From NCBI RefSeq assembly GCF_006345805.1, contig NW_021828967.1:1-7260 (forward strand): a stretch of 7,260 bases of DNA, given 5' to 3'. Every line of letters begins with the position of its first letter. The first letter of the stretch is position 1. The DNA is from Octopus sinensis (taxonomy: Eukaryota). Shown here in pieces: positions 1 to 5,031 of the stretch. Position numbers and translations under genes: made by a program. The notes beneath the pieces were generated by a model. The model did not search any database. It had not been told where the DNA came from and saw only the letters and a program-made list of their open reading frames with translations.

Positions 1-195
1 AGTATTGACCAATATTTATACCTTATCTTATGTGTGTGTATATATATAAGGTATGTTAATATGTATATTTGGAGAGATTTTTTTCTCAAAGAGTTAAGAT
101 TGAAAAAAGAAACTTTTTAGAAAGTTGAAAGGCACAAACCTTCGGGAAGAGATTTCACAAGATGGGTGAGGCTTTTAGTTTTATTGATGTGCAAC

Positions 196-342
196 CGCTT
201 TCAGTTCTAAGCCACCCACAAGGCTTTGCTCGGCCCGAGGGTATAGTGGAAGTCACTTGCCCAAGGTTCCACGCAGTGGGACTGAACCCGGAGCCATGTG
301 GTTGGTAAGCAAGCTACTTACCACACAACCACTCCTACGCCT
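196..342 (-). mobile_element. tRNA-derived CORE-type SINE (Octopus OR-like), 3'-degenerate
   Basis: Reverse complement begins AGGCGTAGGAGTGGTTGTGTGGTAAG, with an A-box-like TGGTTGTGTGG, a B-box-like GGTTCAGTCCC and a CORE-like CCTTGGGCAAGT. It aligns with the + copy at 2469-2627 (4 mismatches over the first ~65 nt). Family name is from recall. Confidence 0.85.
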
Positions 343-423
343 ATATACATATATATATATATGGAGAGAGAGAGAGGCATAGATATATTTTATACATTCA
401 AATAAACATACATGTATATATAT

Positions 424-473
<50 letters not shown>

Positions 474-576
474 TATATGTATATACACGTATATTTATGT
501 ACATGCATATCTATGTTTATATATTTATATGCGTGTATATTTGTATACATGTTTGTGAGCATATACACATGTGCAT

Positions 577-627
<51 letters not shown>

Positions 628-760
628 GTGTGGCATGTATGTGTGTCTGTATGTCCCATTGGACGTACAAGATATTTTTTGACATGTGTGTCAATGTTTT
701 TTACATATGTGTACACACTTCGCTGTGTATTCCTCTGTATACATAGACAAGTACGTTTGA
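343..760. repeat. Compound (TA)n / (GA)n / (TG)n microsatellite region
   Basis: Near-pure (TA)n at ~413-480 and ~575-626, (GA)n at ~363-375, degenerate TGTA/TG repeats between and after. Confidence 0.95.
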
Positions 761-906
761 TTATATTCATATGTTTCGGTCTCTCTGCCCCATCGATGCA
801 TTCATAACATAAATATACATTCACTCTTGAACATCAACAAATAAATTTCACTTGCACAGACAAATGTAAATAAATATTCCTGTAGCTGCTTTGATATTTA
901 CATATA

Positions 907-1047
907 TCTATATATATAAAGATGAGAATGTGTGTGTGTCTGTCTGTCTGTGTGAATCCCTAAAACTTGAGAACTACACAACCAATTTCATTCAAATTTT
1001 ACACATGCCTTACTTAGGGTCCATGTAGTGTCATGGGCAAAAAATTT
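907..1047 (+). mobile_element. 5' fragment of a non-autonomous Helitron-like element
   Basis: A|TC start (TCTATATATATAAAG at 907), then a (TG)n/(GTCT)n microsatellite (928-954), then AGAACTACACAACCAATTTCATTCAAATTTT. This order is typical of animal non-autonomous Helitron 5' ends. No 3' hairpin/CTRR end found. Confidence 0.5.
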
Positions 1048-1690
1048 GAACTCAGAACATAACGACAGACGAAATACCTATTTCTTTACTACCCACAAGG
1101 GGTTAAACACAGAGGGGACAAACAAGGACAGACAAACGGATTAAGTCGATAATATCGACCCCAGTGCTTAACTGGTACTTTATTAATCGACCCCGAAAGG
1201 ATGAAAGGCAAAGTCGACCTCGGCGGAATTTCAACTCAGAACGTAAAGACAGACGAAATACCTATTTCTTTACTACCCACAAGGGGTTAAACATAGAGGG
1301 GACAAACAAGGACAGACAAACGGATTAAGTCGGTTATATCGACCCCAGTACGCAACTGGTACTTAATTAATCGACCCGGAAAGGACGAAAGGCAAAGTCG
1401 ACCTCGGCGAAATTTGAACTCAGAACGTAACGACAGACGAAATACCTATTTCTTTACTACCCACAACGGGCTAAACACAGAGGGGACAAACAAGGACAGA
1501 CATAGGTATTAAGTCGATTACATCGTCCCCAGTGCGTGACTGGTACTTAATGTATCGACCCCGAAAGGATGAAAAGGATGAAAGGCAAAGTCGACCTCGG
1601 CAGAATTTGAACTCAGAACGTAGCAGCAGACGAAATACGTCTACGCAATTCGCCCGGCATGCTAACGTTTCTGCCAGCTCCCACCGCCTT
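1043..1690 (-). mobile_element. OK-like tRNA-derived SINE: one full head followed by a tandem array of 184-bp body units (3 units plus a ~32-bp partial)
   Basis: TACCTATTTCTTTACTACCCAC recurs at 1075, 1259 and 1443 (period 184). The head-bearing unit is 193 bp because of a 9-bp duplication near 1565-1581. The A-box TGGCAGAAACG occurs only in the head; a B-box-like GAGTTCAAATT occurs in the units. Aligns with the solo copy at 4572-4808. Confidence 0.92.
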
Positions 1691-1776
1691 TTTGTTCTTG
1701 ATGTTATTGTTGTTAATAATACAACTTGCAGTTATGTATTTTCACCTCATTTCATCCGTTACAGAACTCCTTCATT

Positions 1777-2076
1777 TTGTCTTCATTTCTTTTTGTTTTT
1801 CTTCTCCATTTTCTCTTCTTCTTCTTCGCCTTTTTTCTCTTTCTTCTTCATTTCCTTCCCTCTCCTTCCCCTTCTTCCTTTCAGCTTTTTTCTTCCTTTC
1901 CGGGCTCTCTTCCTGTCATTCCTTTCCCTCTTTTCCCCATTCTTCCCCCTCTTTTTTCCTTTTCTCCTTCTCCCTCATTTCATTCTTCTTCTTCTTCTTC
2001 TTCTTCCACTTCTAATTATTGTTCTTCTTCGCTTCCTTTCCTCCTCCTCCTCTTCTTCTCCCTCCTAATTCTTCTT
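1777..2076. repeat. Polypyrimidine low-complexity tract with (CTT)n, (CCT)n and (TC)n
   Basis: About 300 bp that are almost all C/T on the + strand. Confidence 0.9.
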
Positions 2077-2199
2077 CAAGTGTTTAAACAGAGCATCTAC
2101 ACACAAATACAAAAAAAAAAACGTATCACAAACATCAATTACTTTAACAATAACAACACGAACATATTATTTATTTTTCTTGCTTATTTTCACACTCAC

Positions 2200-2253
2200 C
2201 GACGAAAAAAAAATCAGCCATTTTTTCCTCGTCCGTTGTTTTTCCGCCGCCAT
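2200..2253 (-). CDS. Candidate first coding exon (MAAEKQRTRKKWLIFFSS, phase 0; alternative MADFFFV from 2221, phase 1)
   Basis: AAAATGGCG start context at 2253, in-frame upstream TAA at 2316-2314, consensus donor TCG|GTGAGT at 2200/2199, and local CpG enrichment. No homology recognised. Confidence 0.3.
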
Positions 2254-2324
2254 TTTATTGCGGCGCAAATTCTTTTCTTTTCGCCTTTCTTGTGTTTTCT
2301 TTTCATTTTTTTCTTATTCAAATC

Positions 2325-2386
2325 GTTGTTGTTGTACTCTGCTGATGTTGTTGTTGCTGCTGCTGCTGTTGTTGTTGTTGTTGATG
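2325..2386. repeat. (GTT)n/(GCT)n trinucleotide microsatellite
   Basis: GTTGTTGTTG...GATGTTGTTGTTGCTGCTGCTGCTGTTGTTGTTGTTGTTGATG. Confidence 0.9.
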
Positions 2387-2468
2387 TTCTTGGTTCGGCA
2401 CTTGGCGTTTTTGTTATTGTTGCCGTCGTTACTGTTGCTACAGCTGGGACTGTTCTTCTTGCTTTTGT

Positions 2469-2649
2469 TAGGAGTGGCTGTGTGGTAAGTAGCTTGCTTA
2501 CCAGCCACATGGTTCCGGGTTCAGTCTCACTGCGTGACAACTTGGGCAAGTATCTTGTACTATAGTCTCGCGACGACCAAAGCCTTCTGAGTAGATTTGG
2601 TAGACGGAAACTGAAAGAAGCCCGTCGTATATATGTATATATATATATA
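2469..2649 (+). mobile_element. tRNA-derived CORE-type SINE (Octopus OR-like) with (TA)n tail
   Basis: A-box-like TGGCTGTGTGG (2475-2485), B-box-like GGTTCAGTCT (2518-2527), CORE-like CTTGGGCAAGT (2541-2551). Body ends GAAGCCCGTCG at 2627, followed by (TA)n. Inverted homolog at 196-342. Confidence 0.88.
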
Positions 2650-2924
2650 ATGTGTCCTTCCTTATTGTTGTTTAGCCCTAAGTCAGTCCTGATCCAGCAG
2701 ACCTATGATCAAAGATGCTCCAACTGTGACCCTCCTGTCTTTTATTCAGGCATAGTGTATCTAGGACTACATTATATAATGTGTCCTTCCTTGTTGTTGT
2801 TATTTAGCCCCAGGTCAGACTCATTCAAGCAGACCTATGATCAAAGATGCGCCAACCGTGACCATCGTGTCTTTTATTCTTACAAAGCGTATCTAGGACT
2901 ACATGATATAACGTGTCTTTCTTT
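2646..2924 (-). repeat. Tandem reiteration (129/132-bp period, ~2.1 copies) of a (CAA)n-tailed interspersed element end
   Basis: TATAA(T/C)GTGTC at 2646, 2775 and 2907. AGCAGACCTATGATCAAAGATGC and GTATCTAGGACTACAT are each present twice. On the minus strand each unit ends GGGCTAAA(T/C)AACAA... Strand is inferred from the CAA tail. Confidence 0.85.
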
Positions 2925-3109
2925 ACGCCGGACAAAATGCTTAGCGGCATTTCGTCCGTCTTCATGTTTTGAGTTCGAATTCTGCCGAGGTCGACTTGGC
3001 CATTCATCCTTCCGGCGTCGATAAACTAGGTACCAGTCATCTACTGAGGTCGATATAATCGACCAGATCCCTCATCCAATTTAACAGCCTTGTGTTTTTG
3101 TTAGAAAGG

Positions 3110-3157
<48 letters not shown>
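2925..3157 (+). mobile_element. 5'-truncated OK-related SINE (different 3' subfamily) with (ATT)16 tail
   Basis: GAGTTCGAATTCTGCCGAGGTCGACTTGGCCATTCATCCTTCCGGCGTCGATAAA...GTACCAGT matches the reverse complement of the array and solo units. It lacks the A-box, has a different 3' end (AGAAAGG), and is followed by (ATT)n at 3110-3157. Confidence 0.85.
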
Positions 3158-3713
3158 GAGTGAGAGAGCAGTTCATGCCATTAAAGTGACCCTGGGGTAA
3201 AATATACGAAGCCCAGTATACCCATCATGACTACCCGTCTGATAAGAGTACACCAGGCACATGCATCACAACCATATGTGCGCGACATGGGGATCTCATA
3301 TCAAGATAAACAGCACATGACCTTGCAGGTGGGGCCCAGTTAGAATTATCTTCTGGTTGAGTAGCCCATCCCGCTCAAAAGGTCCCTGAGTAAGGGTTGT
3401 TTAAGGATGTTGAAAGAACCACCCATGTTTCCAGAAGTGAATTATCCAAACCCCCAAGAATCCCTCTCAACACATAGCTATGATACTCCCCCACTACTTC
3501 TGCTCCTGATCAGAGATGCACATATCGTCAGCCACTAAGGGACATGCTCAACTGGTAAAGCTCAAACAACTGACAAGCAAATCTGTGGTATTGAGCAGAA
3601 TATTTGCTGTAGCCCATCTTTTATACCAAGACAAAACTATGTACATGATAACACTTCCAATCAGTTAAGATCAGAAGCCATGAGAGCCACTGCCTGGTAC
3701 TGCATCAGGGCAC
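3158..3713. mobile_element. Unclassified ~555-bp element flanked on both sides by (TTA)n
   Basis: A complex-sequence block bounded sharply by (TTA)n at 3110-3157 and 3714-3775. No recognisable ORF, TIR or Pol III boxes. TATAAAA on the minus strand at 3625-3619. I recall it as an abundant octopus repeat (unverified). Confidence 0.6.
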
Positions 3714-3758
<45 letters not shown>

Positions 3759-3775
3759 ATTATATTATTATTATT
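3714..3775. repeat. (TTA)n microsatellite
   Basis: Pure TTA run to ~3755, then degenerate. Confidence 0.95.
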
Positions 3776-3935
3776 TCCAGTCATGTTTGTCTTTTTTGTC
3801 CGTGGACAAGGTATATCCGGAGAACCGCTGGATGGATTCGGATGAAACTTCCAGGGATGTTTGGCCTCGTGACTGGCACGAACTGATTAGATTTTGGGAT
3901 CGATCCAGCACCGGACGAGGACTCCGGGTTACTTT
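3771..3935 (+). mobile_element. HINE/DINE-1-like (Helentron-associated) fragment A, lacking both termini
   Basis: GTCCGTGGACAAG...AGAACCGCTGGATGGATTCGGATGAAACTTCCAGGGAT...AACTGATTAGAT aligns with 5060-5225. Confidence 0.75.
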
Positions 3936-4316
3936 TTATATTATATTTGCTTTACTTTACATGAAGTATTACGATCTTACGTTCACTTTCAAGTCTTTCT
4001 CTGATTATCTCCCTTGAAAGCGCTCTCATGGTTTCCATGTAAGTTACGGCGGCGTTGCTGCCTCCAAAGTTTTATTTTCGTTTCTCTATTATTAATTTTA
4101 ATCGCGTCTCTTTCTAACGGATAAAGAAATCAAACTACATAAACAAACGGCAGCAAAACCGTTCAGAAATTAAATAACACCAACGTATTCAGTAACAATA
4201 ATAAATTCAATTTATCCTTGACAATTTTTAGTTTTACCAATTTTGAATATATCACTTCTGGTTAAAACCTCTTACCTACTTGACAATTGCATTCCTAGCT
4301 CTGCCTTGAAGGAAGC

Positions 4317-4571
4317 CTTACTTCTTCGACTCATTTTTTGTACACAACGATGTTGCTAAACCTCCGGTAACAGCACCGTATACAGGTCCTTTCCGTTTCC
4401 TTTCACGCACGGATAAATTTTTCACTATAGACCTTAATGGTCGTAAAGACGCTATATCAGGGGATAGACTAAAAGAAGGCCTTCATAGAGAGAACTGTCC
4501 CTGTTCCCACTGCAGACGACACACACAGCATTACAAACACAGCCCGCACACCCACTTTCACATTCCATGAC
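4317..4571 (+). pseudogene. pol: Ty3/Gypsy retrotransposon integrase C-terminal (GPY/F domain) remnant with two frameshifts
   Basis: Manual translation: LTSSTH / FVHNDVAKPPVTAPYTGPFRFLSRTDKFFTIDLNGRKDAISGDRLK / KAFIERT, with main frame 4337-4474 and frameshifts near 4335 and 4475. Matches the Gypsy integrase tail pattern HVFVRxDxxKPPLxxPYxGPFxVxxRxxKxFxIxxNG-x-D-x-V-S-x-DRLKPAF. Confidence 0.78.
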
Positions 4572-4808
4572 TACCTATTTCTTTACTACCCACAAGGGGC
4601 TAAACACAGAGGGGACAAACACGGACAGACATAGGTATTAAGTCGATTACATCGACCCCAGTGCGTAACTGGTACTTATTTAATCGACCCCGAAAGGATG
4701 AAAGGCAAAGTTGACCTCGGCGGAATTTGAACTCACAACGTAGCGGCAGACGAAATACGTCTACGCATTTCGCCCTGCGCGCTAACGTTTCTGCCAGCTC
4801 GCCGCCTT
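4572..4808 (-). mobile_element. Full-length solo OK-like SINE (237 bp) with 10-bp target-site duplication
   Basis: TSD ATTCCATGAC at 4562-4571 and 4809-4818. A-box TGGCAGAAACG (4796-4786) and B-box-like GTTCAAATTC (4732-4723). The 3' end reads ...AAAGAAATAGGTA. Confidence 0.95.
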
Positions 4809-4827
4809 ATTCCATGACCACCATTGC

Positions 4828-5031
4828 GATCGATCCGGTACCAACAAGGATTCTGGATTATTTTTCCTGTTTTTTTACTTAATTTTTGATAAACGGTCGG
4901 GTTCAGTTTTATTATTCTCGTTTGTGAGAGCAGTTGAGTTTATTTCAGATATTCTCATTTTAAAAAATCATCTTCGGCTAATCATTGAGAGAACGTTGGT
5001 GTTACCTTGGCGGAGGTTTGCGCTCTTTGAG
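4828..5031 (+). mobile_element. HINE/DINE-1-like fragment B (3' half)
   Basis: Aligns with 5189-5387. 3' subTIR GGCGGAGGT at 5009-5017 and a truncated 3' stem-loop GCGCTC-TTT-GAG. Confidence 0.8.

Noticed and set aside
253-824. ORFs rich in YI/IY/CV
   Set aside because: Translations of (TA)n/(TG)n repeats and SINE sequence; stop-free only because of low complexity.
1030-1036. GTCATGG, the reverse complement of part of the solo SINE TSD (CCATGAC)
   Set aside because: A 7-bp match in the opposite relative orientation is expected by chance; it is not evidence of a target-site preference.
1039-1044. T6 Pol III terminator on the minus strand at the end of the SINE array
   Set aside because: The A-run most likely belongs to the adjacent Helitron-like fragment, and A/T runs are ubiquitous here.
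1075-1442. Hammerhead ribozyme (retrozyme) core in the tandem units
   Set aside because: GAAA is present but there is no CTGANGA on either strand of the units. The circular-template idea therefore lacks a recognisable ribozyme.
1043-1690. CRISPR-like or prokaryotic repeat array
   Set aside because: Units are contiguous 184-bp homologs with no unique spacers, match a TSD-bounded SINE, and sit in eukaryotic context.
2469-2540. tRNA gene
   Set aside because: A/B boxes are present but there is no cloverleaf, and it continues into CORE-like SINE body. The same applies to the OK heads.
2214-2549. 111-aa minus-strand ORF as a standalone gene
   Set aside because: It starts inside the OR-like SINE and crosses a microsatellite; only its last 30 codons are kept, as a candidate uORF.
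1532-2565. Long + strand ORFs (178, 118, 279, 102 aa) resembling membrane proteins
   Set aside because: The F/L/S/P runs come from the polypyrimidine tract and (GTT)n; starts or ends lie in SINEs.
2650-3024. Cys-containing 124-aa ORF with an internal repeat
   Set aside because: It reflects the 129-bp (multiple of 3) tandem unit plus SINE sequence; non-ATG start and no domain recognised.
3430-3535. CTGACGA on the minus strand of the TTA-flanked element as a hammerhead core
   Set aside because: No stem II closed by GAAA at a suitable distance.
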